This document shows, one piece after another, positions 13,086-27,044 of a DNA stretch of 64,000 nucleotides. The stretch comes from Mizuhopecten yessoensis (taxonomy: Eukaryota). How positions within the stretch are numbered: the stretch's first letter is position 1; every line of letters begins with the position of its first letter. The notes under the pieces were generated by a model. The model did no database searches. It saw nothing but the letters and a program-made list of their open reading frames with translations, and was not told the origin of the DNA. The stretch is from contig NW_018403589.1 of the NCBI RefSeq assembly GCF_002113885.1, positions 1,494,813-1,558,812 of the forward strand, read 5' to 3'. The translations under genes and the position numbers were made by a program.

Positions 13086-15999
13086 TCTTGATTTGATATA
13101 AAATGTGATTCATCTAACCTTGATTTGAAAAATGGCATGCAATCATAAATCGATATGCTTAATATGATTTATTCAATCTTGCAACGATATATTTTTTTGT
13201 GTCAGTGTGTCATAACTTGTAGGAATCATTGCCTAAAATATGTAACACTGAGATAAGACACATTTATCGAAAGTTAAAATAAAATGTTAATAGTATGTAT
13301 ACTACCCCATACTACGACACTCATAGTTACTGATCATGTGCTTACATTCGATATAAAATTGTATTTAATTCTGCATAAATTGCATCAAAATAAAATCATG
13401 CATGTTCATGTTTTTATACATATAGGGACAATACAGTCTATGTGCTGTGTACCTGTTTAACAAGTACCAAACAACAGTGTTCTAGATGATGAAAAATGCA
13501 AAGTATCAAAGCTTAATATCTTCATGTATACTTTTACATACCTTTGATGTACACCAAGTCCATATCGTGTAACTATTACAGTAACTCCAGTATTGTGAGA
13601 TATATTTTGTAAGTCCAGTGTCATGCCACTATTTCTGTTACTCCAGAACCGTGTGACTATTTCTGTCCTTAACGCTGACACACTGATGTAAAGTGTGTAC
13701 CTGCTACAGAATCCCGTCCATACCTGCATAAGTCACCTGTACGTATATACCTGGTGTATACCTATAGACACCGCGGTATGTACCGGAACACGATGTTTTA
13801 AACATTCTAAGGCTGTGTATTCGCGTATTATAATATCAACACTTTCACTGCTTCAGACAACCCTAGTCCGGACACAGGTAGTTAAGTGTCGTCAGCTCAC
13901 CCGCTGGAAGATTTAATCAATAACTGTCGCAAGTTCAATTAAACCAGCGTTAAGATCAATGAAACAGTTCAAAGTTAAAAACATAATTTATAACATATGT
14001 TTGGCAGATATTTGATTTCAAATATTTATAACTTTGTTAGAATAATGAAGCTTTAAGCTGACAATACGTCTGGTTGATAGTAGAGAAGTTCAATTCAACA
14101 CAGCTTATTCTTATCGCATGCAGCTTTGAATAAACACAGAAGGTAAGAAAGCAATCCGGGACTGATATTTAAATACGTCACTATTTACTAGCCTGGACGT
14201 ACGTGCATGCGGTAGCTCTACACGGATCAGCCTATAGCTAGCTCGTATACGATCCACATGTCATGAAGGTTTCGTTTGAGTGAATTATAGAAACTAATCA
14301 TATTTCTTTTGTAGCGGTAGTTAAATGTCCCATGGTTTAATCCGATAATGGAGGGATTGTGTATTCATGAGGGTATATTGGTTTTACTGTTACCCGAAAT
14401 CTTGCTTTATTGAGATGTCCGGTACGTTGTACTGCGGCTAAACACGCCAACTCGCACTATACAGGTGACCAAACTGAATCAAGTACAAAGAGGAATTTAT
14501 AATGTAGTGTGGGGCAGCGTCGTACATGTATATAAACCCCTACATATAGCTATAGTGTGGAGAGGCTAAGCGAGCCAGATATAGTGTTGACTTATACTAA
14601 ATACTTTGTAATCTTAGCAATACAAACGACCCAGTTCGGAATGTAACGAGTCAGCAATGACCACAATAAACTATGACCTTGACCTTAGGTTCACGGTTAT
14701 CGATATCATAATGTAAACTAACTTATACATTTTTATAGGATAATTGAATATGTTCAATTGTTCAGTACAGAAGTATTCTAATCCACGCCTTATATCTTTC
14801 GTATTATCCAATTAAGTACGATGTAACACATCGTTTGACCTTTTTAAGATTTTGGTCTTTATTGGGACGTCAACCATCTATCGTATACAAAGTCATACAG
14901 ATAAACACCAGAGAACTTTAACAGATGATTTCCAGAGGGGTTGAGGATGAAGAACTGGACATAAGTAAACTGACGGCTCACATCCTGTGGTGTATTCCGA
15001 ATTATTCTGACGTTTATCGAGTAACCCCGGAAATTCACACTTAACACCGATGTGCAGTTTTTATTTGGATATTTCCATTAGAAATGTTTTATTTTTGTTT
15101 TGACACGTCGTTGTTGTTAATGAACCTGATATGATAGTAAAATTACGTTTTTGTTATAGTTGTATGAAGCGGTATTTCTGGAACACATTTTGTTACATAA
15201 AATGATTAACTTCTATCCCTGATCATTATCCGTGTACATTGCCGCTAAATCGCCCGATACAAGTTACAAAGGAGTACAAACAAGTATCGAATATAGACTA
15301 CATAGAATGGAAATGCAGAAAACACTTATTTTTTCAGTAGGTATGAACTCTACCGGAAGCTATTGTAAGAGCTAATACCCGTCCTTATGTTGAGTTTAAT
15401 CAATTCGTCCACTGTTGTTTAGCATGCTGAGCTGCTGTGTAGACCTCGGTAGGTATTATTGACGTCGCCAGCACACCATTTCTAATCACCCCGTCGCTAC
15501 GTATTGTACGGTTGTATCGCTACTAGGTATATTTCTTTTCCCCCACTATACAATTATCGCAAATATCTATTCTCTATTTTACTCAGTGAATGGATGTAAT
15601 CGTTTTATCAATGGGCCTTTGTTAACCCTTAATGCTGTCGGATCTATAATATTCAGTCTTACAGAAGCCTGTTTAAAATTGTCTATCGTTTATAAGAATT
15701 TATAATAAATCGGTATAGCAGACATTGTGCATTCTATAACGATGTCTGAAAAGTGCTAATTTTTCTTCCATTTTTAATTTAAATGAAGGGTGAAAAAGCG
15801 CGTTTCTATTCAGTCCATAAGGATCCCAGTACCACAACCAAGAACCGTTAACTAAACATTGCAAACTGTTTTTCCGGCAGGACTATTACTTGCTAAAACC
15901 AATCCCTTCTGGGACATTTATGAACAATATTAAAAAGAAAATAAACCAAAATGTAGTCAACGATAGTCTTCTGAGTGTAAACAAATTTATGGGACTAAA

Positions 16000-16065
16000 C
16001 CCGAGATTGGAACCGTCGACTTCAAACACTTGTACCATCGCTTACACCGACTAAGCTACGCGGTC
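16000..16065 (-). mobile_element. tRNA-like SINE head / tRNA-derived remnant
   Basis: Reverse complement reads GACCGCGTAGCTTAGTCGGTGTAAGCG...GACGGTTCCAATCTCGG: A-box-like TAGCTTAGTCGG and B-box-like GGTTCCAATCTC at tRNA spacing; no intact cloverleaf. Confidence 0.5.
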
Positions 16066-16084
16066 AATGGGATTGGCCATGTCC

Positions 16085-17416
16085 AAATGTGCTACAATAA
16101 CATACAAATGTGCTACAATAACATACAAATGAGCTACAATAACATACGAAGGTGCTACAATAACATCCAAATGTGCTACAATTACATACGAATGTGCTTC
16201 AATAACATAAAAATGTGCTACAATAAGATAAAAATGTGCTACAAGAACATACGAATGTGCGACAATAACATACGAATAAGCTACAATAACATACCAATGT
16301 GCTACAATAAGATAAAAATGTGCTACAATAAGATAAAAATGTGCTACAAGAACATACACATGTACTATATTAAGATACAAAACAGAATTAGGGGGATTTT
16401 ACTGACCAAATGTGCTACAATTACATACGAATGTGCTTCAATAACATACGAATATCCTACAATAACATACACATGTACTATATTAACATACAAAACAGAA
16501 TGAGGGGGATTTTACTGGCCAAATGTGCTACAATTACATACGAATGTGCTAGAATAACATACGAATGCGCTTCTATAACATACACATGTACTATATTAAC
16601 ATACAAAACAGAATTAGGGGGATTTTACTGGCCAAATGTGCTACAATAATATACAAATGTGCTACAATAATATACAAATGTGCTACAGTTACAAACGAGT
16701 GTGCTTCAATAACATACGAATAAGCTACAATAACATCCAAATGTGCTACAATTACAAACGAGTTTGCTACAATAACATATGAATGTACTACAATAACATA
16801 CAAAAGGGCTACAATTACAAACGAGTGAGCTACAATAACATACAAGTGTGCTACAATAACATCCGAATGTGCTACAATCCCATACAAATACGCTACAATA
16901 ACATACCAATGTGCTACAATAAGATAAAAATGTGCTACAATAAGATAAAAATGTGCTACAAGAACATACGAATGTGCTTCAATAACATAAAAATGTGCTA
17001 CAAGAACATACGAATGTGCGACAATAACATACGAATAAGCTACAATAACATACGAAGGTGCTACAATAACATGCAAATGTGCTACAATTACATACGAATG
17101 TGCTATAATAACATACGAATGTACTACAATAACATACAGATGTGCTAGAATGACAAACGAGTGTGCTTCAATAACATACGAATATCCTACAATAACATAC
17201 ACATGTGCTACAATAACCTACGAATGTGCTACATTAACATACAAATGTGCGACAATAACATACGAAGGTGCTACAATAACATCCGAATGTGCTACAATCC
17301 CATACAAATACGCTACAATAACATACAAATGTGCTACAATAACATACGAATGTGCTACAATAACATACACATGTACTATATTAACATACAAAACAGAATT
17401 AGGGGGATTTTACTGA
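16085..17416. repeat. 21-bp tandem repeat punctuated by four copies of a non-satellite spacer
   Basis: Unit ATGTGCTACAATAACATACAA/GA; spacer AACAGAATTAGGGGGATTTTACTG near 16381, 16494, 16607 and 17392. Confidence 0.95.
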
Positions 17417-17678
17417 AGATAGGATACTTAGCTACATCTCCAAAACAACCAAATCACCAGATTTCCCAACTTATCACAGCATGTACCAAATGAGTTGAAT
17501 AAAGCTAATTGCCATGAAACAATGAAGTTTGTCTTTGGCTGAATTCCAACCAAAGAGATTGTTTAAGATCATCACATATTGATCAAGGTACAGCGTCCTA
17601 TAGTCCTGCTGACGTTACAGGTAGTGCGAGAGAAAAACAAATAGAGGGTACAAAACTTGTAAAACATCAATATATTTG

Positions 17679-17973
17679 CAGGGGCGGGTCCAGGTGAGGG
17701 CGTAATGGGCGTACCCCTTTTCAATTTTTTTTTTTTTAAATAATAATATCGTAATCTGCTAATATTGTATTGAATATGGCAAGTTATCATATTCATTAAT
17801 TAAACACATACTCTGATAAAAAATGTCGAACCCTGACACTTTAACTATAAAATATACATGCTCCAAGTCAGGAACCGTTACATTAGTGCATTTCACAATT
17901 ATTTTATGTTTTTTAGCACGGCGAAAGATTTTATTCTACGCCCTCTCTTTCAAATATCCTAGAATCGCCCCTG
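17679..17973. mobile_element. Small hAT-like MITE (degenerate)
   Basis: Ends CAGGGGCGGGTCCAGG / CCTAGAATCGCCCCTG; flanks TATATTTG and TATTTGTG (6/8 match to an 8-bp TSD). Confidence 0.6.
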
Positions 17974-18759
17974 TATTTGTGCAGCTTTTTATCGGTCAAT
18001 TATTGTACTAGCATGTCAGTCATGTGGGGAACACATGTAGTCTGAACTTGGGATCCTGTAACAGTGTGTAAATGAGGTCCAAGCCTTTCAGCTGTTGATC
18101 AAGTAGTCATTTCTCTTTGACATCAGTCAATAAAGCTGAGTTTTTATGTATCACTGACATATCATACATATCCAACAATACACTGGACAGAAGTCTAGAC
18201 TGTCTCCTTAACCTGGAGCTCCAAGACCCAGACATAGCAGTATAGCCATAAGGTACCAGACCTGGGGTTCTGCCGGTATGTCCATGTTTGCTATTTTGAG
18301 TGTATGATGTTGTTTCGGTGTAAATAAGTTTTGGATTAAGTTGCTGTGTCTGTGTTTACATGTTGGTGATTATGCTTCTGTGTCTGTGTTAATAATCTTT
18401 GAACTTACTTACTGTGTCTTTGTATCAAAGCGTGTGTCCTGGTCTGACTGCTATAGTCGAAATGGTAAATCAAGATATTTCATTGATTCTCAGCAAGAGG
18501 CTTTGCTAGAATATGACAACATCATTATTTTCAAGGGTTTGCTAGAGGTAATATTTTTTTGAACAATTTTATTTCGAGTTTCAGACCTTTCGTCTTCACA
18601 AAGTAGAAAAGTTGCTTTGCACCATATATTCTGAACTGTCACTGGATGTGTGCGGTGAAAGGGAGGTAACTCGTAAACATGGCTGATTGTGACTCACCGA
18701 TCCGATCTGATGGATTTTATTATAGATTTACTTACAACTGATGTTACTGAAAATCTTAA

Positions 18760-20540
18760 ACACGAAAAGGAATTCATCAAGAAAGAAATGAAAACCTCGG
18801 CCATAATGGTAACTTCAACTTATATACCAACCATATGATACCACAAAACGAGGATAGCATTTGTCTTTTGCGGAGTACAGGGACTCCCTATATACCTATC
18901 GGGTTTAAACATGTACCTAAGCAAAAGTAAACTCCTTATAAGAAACAGCAGGTGTTTCAGAGGAGCAGTCATTTCTTGAACCGCTTGTGACAACCGGCAC
19001 CATATATGCCTTCAATACAGGAAATAACAGGTATATGTGACTGAAGAAACAGAGAGCTTCTTTTCCTTTGATATATAGCAGACACGTCATTAAGGTTGAA
19101 TCAAATCATATCTCATTTTAACTATGTCAGATAATGAGATGTAATAATATATACGATCCTTTCCATTGGGAACAGCCGCTTTGACTTAAAGACATTGTAA
19201 TGTTTTGAGTCGCCTATCTTCGACCACAAGTTTAGAAGTTTCTTCTGGCCCCAACACAAGACATCTAAGAAGACGACAGAGATGAACACGCTATGTTTTT
19301 TTCTTTCTGATGACGATTAAATATTTCAGTTAAGAAGATGCATTTTTGTCATTAAAGGTTGACGATGAAAAAAAAAGTGGTAGGTGGAAGACGAAATATT
19401 TTAGTTCAGAAGATGCATTTTTGTCTTAAAAGATTGACGATGAAAGGAAAGTGGTAGGTGGAAGACGAAATTTAAAAAAAATTGGATGCAGATACATACG
19501 CCACCGCTAACACACAAAGGTGCATCGGAATTCGGTACATATGGTCAACCAGGAACCAAGAAGATTATCAAAGCAAAAGGAAAGTCATATAGACCCATAG
19601 AAACGCGTAGACCACATCATTACTCAAGAAGGAACATATTTACTGCACCTCACGCAGTATCCGTCATTATGTATTCCGTCAAATCGAGCGAAATGTGAAG
19701 GTCATCAACGGTTTAAGACAAAGTGGACAATTCACTAGTTAGTTTAGGGACTTGTCAGTTCGTTTGAGTATGATCAAACCCCGTAGATTAACTTAACTTT
19801 CTATACTTTTGGTGCAACACGTTCCCTCAAAGATAATCACCCACATTTTCACCCTCCTGATACGTCATATTAAGAAAAAGATAGAATCGGAATTCATATA
19901 TGTAGGTTGGATATATTTAATTTGTCCTTAAGTTATAAAAATGGTACGTGCATAGTGACGTTCACGCAGTCGTATATACACCATTAAGGTTGGTGTCTTC
20001 ACAAGAATAGTTCACCGCCATTATAGCAAAGCATTCTCTTTTGCAGTCCAATTGTTTCTACGAAGTGACATATGAGATAAAGTTTGAAATAAACCTAGGT
20101 AATGCAGAAATTATTAAAACACGAATTCATCACGAAAGAAGAACTTCGGCCTTAATGATAGCTTCGAACACGTATATCAACCATACACTTCAAGGGGATG
20201 GTATATTAGATTAAGCAAAATTGTGTTTTGAGATTTTATACCCGTAATTCCTATTTACTACCCATGTTTATATTCTAAATGAATAGGTACTAAAAGGACA
20301 TCACAACCCCATTAAAACAGAAGGTGTCAGAGAAGGTGTTACAGAAGAGCAGTCGCTCCAGTACCCAAGAACATGTGACAACCCGGCATAACCTATCCGT
20401 TTAGAATTGGAAATAATGCGGATGACTTACGAAATAGTGAGCGTTTCGTTTGTTAGTGCACACCCATCATGAAGGCCGATAGGATAAATTCATAGTTAAT
20501 CTAACATAACAGATATACGAAGTGAAGTAAATCTATAATG
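18760..20540. repeat. Two diverged copies of a ~400-bp dispersed repeat (~18760-19170 and ~20115-20540) plus a ~76-bp tandem duplication at 19316-19470
   Basis: Shared blocks in the same order: GAATTCATCA..AAAGAA..TCGGCC..AATG, AGGTGTT.CAGA.GAGCAGTC, TGTGACAACC.GGCA, GGAAATAA. Family not identified. Confidence 0.55.
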
Positions 20541-23500
20541 TCTATTAAATTGGGACAACCAGTATGTAGTACAGCGAGTCACAAGGTCAAAAAGATATAG
20601 GTGAAAAGGTATTTCTAAGACATATTGGCTAACAATACAATGACCTTGAATACTGAGACCGAAGATGATCGAATTTCATCATTTCAGGATTACAACGAAA
20701 ATAAAGTCCTGGGTAAAGTATCGACATCGCCAATACACGAGGTCAAGTGTACATCCGGTACTAAAGGTCAAACAGGAATGGTGGAGGTACCAAAACAAGA
20801 GGAAAGACAGCCCGAACCCCACAAAAGTGAAACCAATATTCCGGAAGGGAAACACATTTCCTGCACCTCATATTGCACCTGTCATCATAGAATCAGACAA
20901 ACTGTGAGGATAACCAATGACCAATGACACAGGATGCAGATCTCTAGAAAGTTCACCGATTCGCTATAACCTTGGACTAGTTCAGCAACGTCGCGTGTGG
21001 CTGACTGGGTGCACGTCCACACGTGACAAGGCCATGCTACTACTGGGGAAAGGCGCATTCAGGTAGTCAGGTGATATATTTTGTTAGTGACATGAAACAA
21101 TATTGTCATACAGCCATTAATTTCAACTTCTGGAAAATACACGAGATGCCATTAATTCGCGGGAGTCTTGCAAACTGGACAAACTGCTTGCAGTACTTCT
21201 TAATGTGACGTTTTCTGGCAAAAAGTATCTTATTTCTTTCCTGAATCACTGAATCATTGGTTGACATCGAGTGAAGCCAATGACTTCTTGTGATGTATGA
21301 TCAATTGTCGATAAACTTCCGCTGGATACGACTTCCTTCCGGTTGCGCTAGCAGGTTAATTTTCAATACTTATAGTTAGCTATTAACAATATTTATGTAC
21401 ATTAATTAATTTACAGTTACCTCTGATCTGAAATACTCCTTTTGAACAAACTCGGCATCAGAAGTGAATACAAAATACCGATCTACTTCTTGTAGCAGCC
21501 GTTCATGGTATAACGCCAATGTAAGAATTCCAACTGATAGTGGAAACCCAATCATCAGCAGTGGAAATGTTTTAATTTGGATTGTGAGGCGGAACCAATA
21601 TTTGATGCTGCCATCGTTTCAAATGATGTGAACGTTGCATTTGTCTCCTGTTTGCTCAAAGAAAATATATCAAAAGTATCAAATTGATAATATAAAGATT
21701 CGTGTTCTCATTAAACTTATGAAAGCATGCCGGTTATAAATAAGGGCTCGTACAATTTTCCTCCACTTCACCAAAATATAACGGGCGATAACTCTTTGTG
21801 TTTGATTTAATCATTTACTGCTTCAAAATCAATACTGAAAATATGATCCTGAAAATGAAACATGTTATTTCATGTATTAAATCTCTTGTTCGTCAACACT
21901 TTTTCTTGTCACCGAGTCTGATATTGCAGTCTTCTTTTGTTAGCAAAACCATAACTCAGTCACTATAACTAGTCATTAATAGGGATCTGAGGGCGACAAA
22001 TATTATCACACGTTTCACAACCTTTGAAACGTAATGAAGCATTGTATGATTTCATTTAATTTGATGATCATTTATATAAATAATTCTTCAACACAGGTAT
22101 AAATTACATTCGAGTCATATTTAGATATGGTTTTGATTGGTAAATGCTTGTTTTTTAAGAGACATCAATCTATCTCGTATGATCGGTTGTTTGTGGAGTA
22201 CTTACTGATTCTGGTTTCGGGAGACGTGAAGTTGATCTAGATGGTTCCAATTTACGGAGACATAGGGAATCACCGTCAGCGCTCCAGAAGCTTATACCTT
22301 CCATTTCCGTCATTCCCCGGGGACTATGCGCTACTACACACCTGGTTACGGTAATTGATGAAACATGCTTGTGAACTCCACTTTTGTGTTGTTTGCCTTC
22401 AACTGGAAAAAGTAAACAGTCTGGATAAGGTCGATATGTATGCGGTATTAAATAAATTGCGTGAAGGCAGCACACCTTTGTTAGCGTGTAGTCTGGGGAC
22501 ATAGACGGCTTCTTTTTCTGTCCTAACAGTGATCACAACAGAAAGCGTTTATATCTGGTACAATGGTCCATAAAACATATGTGAATCAATCAATTATATA
22601 CCGTTCAATTGTCGATATTTCCGCCATTCATCATATATATACACAGGACAAATTTGGTTATACCATTATAACGAAGTGCAATGTTAAACAAATTTGGCAT
22701 GTGTTGTTGAACATTTCGGCAAAATTATAATAAAGCACCACGTTTCTCACCAACTACCTAAGCCATTCTTCCTTCGACACAGTACCCGATGTGTGTCTAA
22801 GATATAGATATAATAATGCTATATTATTTTTAAAAGAGTCAAATATGAAGATTAATACTCACCATGAATTGTATCGATAGTGTATTAAAATGAAGTTGAA
22901 TATATCCACAACAATGTATATATCCACTCTATATATTTTATGCACTCACTGTATATATCACACTGTAATACACGTGTTTATGCCCATACAGCCACAATAC
23001 TTCGTTAATGTAATGAGCTAATTACTCGGGTGTATCGCCGCTATATATAATTCAGCAGTCACACGCCGTGAGCGATATGTGGTCCTGGGAAACTGTTTTA
23101 TACCTACACCCGTGCGTGTCGACATGCTTGTTGTGTATTTGTATACACTATAGAGAAAGTGTATAGGTTCACTGTCAGTGTGTACATAACTCATCTAAAC
23201 CTACCCTAATGCTGAGGAGATTATAGTACTAGCCGTATAACCTACTTGTATCTCTCCTAATGCAAAGAGGATTATAGTACTATTACCGGGGTGCTTACCT
23301 TTATTCGGGCTGGAGCGACCGTATTATGTACGTTTATAATAAAGGCCATTACAACTATACACTGTTATATGTGTATAGGTTTAATGTTGTTACACCATTA
23401 TGTAGGATATCACCTTGGTGTGAACGACTTCAGAGAAATTACTTACTACGACAGCCACGGCAGACTGTTGATCTAAACAGTATGGTTATTTCAGTAAATC

Positions 23501-24106
23501 AACACAATATCAATACATATTCAATATATATATAAATCAATATCAAACAGAAGGTAAAATATGATTTTCCTTTACAATGAAGTGATTATGATAAATTGAT
23601 TATGTTACATGCCATAAAACAGGAAATACAGACAACAGGACCGACATTTACCTCACGCTTGCCTGAAAACGTATTGTTGAGCCAGTCTGACCTTCGAGAT
23701 AGCAATATGTGAAACAACCCTAACTCCTTGGTATATCACAGACATCATTGGAAGCTTGTTACAGTGCAAGTAGGTCTATGTCCGAGGTATTTTTGAACTT
23801 ACAAGACGAATCAACTAATTTTAACTTCATGACAATAAAGCACTTTAGAAAATATTAGCATAGACAATCAGAAATGATATCCTGGTGTATGAACGCGTGT
23901 CCGTGCCCAGTCGTCTGTTTCGCGGAAGATGTTTATATTCTAAAACAATTTAATGACTTTTGCAAGGAAGAAATGTGTGATATTCCGCTCAAGCAGAAGA
24001 TGCAACTTACCATTTCATCATGTCATACCACCGACATAGAACCACTGGTACTGAAGCAGGCTTTCAATGGTGCTAGACCTGTGATGTACCATGGGTTGGT
24101 ACTCAT

Positions 24107-24380
24107 GTATGGCACGCCAAGTTGTCATTTATTAATGGAGCAATGCTGATCCAGTACTTAACCAAATTATATAAGATATCTTATAAACATATAAGATATC
24201 TTATTTAAAGTTTATGAGATATCTTAAATCTTTTATGAAATATCTTATATAATATATAAGATATCTTATAAAGAAAAGTGTATAAGATATCTCATTTATG
24301 ATATAAGATATCTTATATAATTTGGTTAAGTACTGGATCAACATTGCTCCATGAATAAATGACAACTTGGCTTGCCATAC
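24107..24380. mobile_element. Foldback MITE, 274 bp, 4-bp TSD
   Basis: ~75-bp TIRs GTATGGCACGCCAAGTTGTCATTTATT...AACCAAATTATATAAGATATC; TCAT on both sides (24103-24106, 24381-24384); interior built of ATAAGATATCTTAT palindromes. Confidence 0.9.
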
Positions 24381-24884
24381 TCATGTCCCTCGAACTTTGT
24401 CATAATCCAAATGGTCATTCCACGGAAGATCGTAGTGGAAAACTTTTGATAAAATATTTTGATCGTGTTCGTATGGTTTAAGCTTAACAAATGAAACGTT
24501 TCGAGAAAACAAGGGTAAAGTTATGTCAAAGCAAGATGCTTCCAATATGAAACCAAAAAATACAAACCGATCTAAGAGGCTGTTTGTTTCAATACTTACC
24601 GAGGGTGACAGGAAATTTGTGAAAGACCTCCCAAGATTTTTTAAATCACACATATGAAATCATCTGGCCGATATATTGTTTCCTTTCTAGAAGCACATTC
24701 CTGTCATGTTCTTGGTAAAATATACACTGCATTGTGGGAAAGTTATACTTTGCGTTAGAGGGTAAAGTATAGTTTGCCTTAGGGGGTAAATTCTTACCTT
24801 CATTATGAGATGAAGGTACGTATACACTGTATTATGCGTATATTGTACACGGCATTATGGGTACTTTAAATATACATTAAGGGT

Positions 24885-25650
24885 ATATTGTATATTGTAT
24901 ATTGTTTATTCAACTTGAAGCCTTACGGTTCATAAGCATATATAGCAACGTATAATTGATACAACAGTGATATGAAATACCAAATAATTATAACATCATA
25001 AATGAAGCATAATCTTGTACATCGCATGTGTAAATGGACAGTATAATTCTTTAAATTATTATAAAGTACAAGATAAGTAAATTATCGGAAGATGGACAGC
25101 TCTTATAAAATTACCTCACCGAATTATAAGTGTACTGTGGCTATCGGAAAACAGATGAGGTGACAACATTTTCTTAATAACCGGGGCTCAACAAAGAGTA
25201 TGTTAATTATAAAAAAACAAAAACAGGCATACAATTTGTAAACAGTGATGTAGTGATCAGGGGATGGACAAAACAATATGTGTTAACCTGGAAATAAACA
25301 AGTACTCAAATGTTAGTGTGATAAAAACACAATAACCTAAGGTTGGAATCTAGACCGTTCTAACCAACTTGATTGCAGATATTTTCCTAAATTACATAGC
25401 TCTTTTCTGTTATGTACAGCCAGCAGCTGGACAAGTTTATATGAAGATGGGCTGCTCCAGTAAACTTTTTAAGGAACTTTTACGAATATCAACATAGAGT
25501 GGACAAATCAGAACAAAATGGAACTCGTCCTCTACCAGGTTTTGATTACAATAACGGCATAACCTATTCGCCCTCGGAATATTACGATACCGACCTTCTT
25601 CTACATATAACTGATGCGATGAAAGTCGTAAAGCATACACTGAGTTAGAA
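24885..25650 (-). mobile_element. 5'-truncated non-LTR retrotransposon (LINE) 3' end
   Basis: ORF 25437-25640 LRLSSHQLYVEEGRY...RLCRYCNQNLVEDEFHFVLICPLY is a LINE ORF2 C-terminal CCHC zinc knuckle; minus-strand AATAAA followed by a (CAATATA)n tail at ~24885-24912. Confidence 0.85.
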
Positions 25651-26217
25651 GAAAATTATTATCGGCATTATGGGTAAATTAGTTGCTGCATAAGGGTAAA
25701 GTAAACAATGCCATATTACTTTATGGACGAACATTTTATAATTCATTTGTAGGTATACGTATACAGTTTACTTTTTCATCTTTTGAGTTTGTAATTGATG
25801 TGTAGAGTTGACGTTCAAATATAATTCCGAGATACGAGTAGGATTTGAAGGTCGATCACAGATAAATATAGGCTAATGAGATACGTAATTACTTGTCACA
25901 TCACTTGAGCGAGGATTGACGCATCAAATGATAAGTTGTTCACGACTACAAAACTATCACAATTTTGTCGTTTCACAGGTTTGCTCCAAATTTTCAACAA
26001 ATGTCTGGACGGTATCTTTGTATCCATTCTTCTTTCTCTTTTACATCTAATCCTGAAATGTTTGCGTTACTTTTCCCCACCCTCCTCTGGGTTGCCATGA
26101 CAATGTTATAGGTTGTCACTGCCAATTTGTTTCAGGTAAAGCGTTCAATTTGACGAAATGATAAATTTCCCAAGTAAACTAGGTCACGGTTATGTAGTGA
26201 CATTGTATACATCAAAT

Positions 26218-26387
26218 ATATAAATAACAGGTATAAATAACAGGTATAAATAACAGGTATATATAACAGGTATAAATAACAGGTATAAATAACAGGTATA
26301 AATAACAGGTAAATAACAGGTATAAATAACAGGTATAAATAACAGGTAAATAACAGGTATAAATAACAGGTATAAATAACAGGTATA
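26218..26387. repeat. 13-bp minisatellite, ~13 copies
   Basis: Unit GTATAAATAACAG. Confidence 0.95.
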
Positions 26388-26689
26388 TTTTGAAGAACTG
26401 GTTTTTTTTATGTATAATTATAAATTTTGTCGAAACAGCCTTACCTCAGTACTTCTTTTAGACCATTTGGCGTTTCCATTTTTGTACACTATTATACCTA
26501 ATACCAAACTGAAGAAATGCCCTCGTTTTCTTATCCTTGGGGATTTCTTTTCCAAGAAAGGCAAACGGCTGCGGTTGTTGACTATTTTTGAGTATATTTG
26601 GAGAAAATACAAAAAAAATAAAAAAAAATTAGGATGACATGGTGAGCATGACTGATTTTCTTGCTGATTTTGTTGTTGTTGATTTCGGT

Positions 26690-26990
26690 GGTAAGATGTT
26701 CTAGCAAACTGTAACCATTGTTATAACACAAAATGTGCACCCACTTGTTTGCATAGGCTGGCTCTATCGCATAGTGTTCAAGTTGGGTAATAAAGACCTC
26801 GCTTAGTCCTTCAATTTCACTTTCAGATATATTGATGATATGTTATCTTTAGTTTACAAGCTATTTATTGACCTATCATATAACCTCCAGAACTTGATAT
26901 CAAAGTTAATACCGACTCTTCTTCATCTCCAACAGTGAATTTTCCCTTTTCTGGATAGTAATATCCCTTCCTTCTACACTTGCTGTACCT
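26690..26990 (+). mobile_element. Decayed Penelope-like reverse transcriptase fragment
   Basis: Frameshifted remnants reading CAP-like (~26735), FNFTFRYIDDMLS (YIDD ~26828), PELDIK and VNFP/LDSNIP, in the order recalled for invertebrate Penelope-like RTs. Confidence 0.65.
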
Positions 26991-27044
26991 AACGATTTGC
27001 TGCGAATATTTCGATTTCCATGATAGATGTCAATTGCCTTTTAT

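Noticed and set aside
19300-19470. Hammerhead ribozyme suggested by CTGATGA...GAAA
   Set aside because: Could not form stems I-III around the core; the region is explained by a simple ~76-bp duplication.
20625-21080. Overlapping 80-100-aa ORFs
   Set aside because: No recognisable motif, non-ATG starts and no consistent splice partners; possibly decayed coding sequence but unsupported.
22170-22502. ORF-like region with LLILVSGDVKL resembling a 2A-like motif
   Set aside because: The required NPGP is absent, a stop follows, and no adjacent recognisable domain was found.
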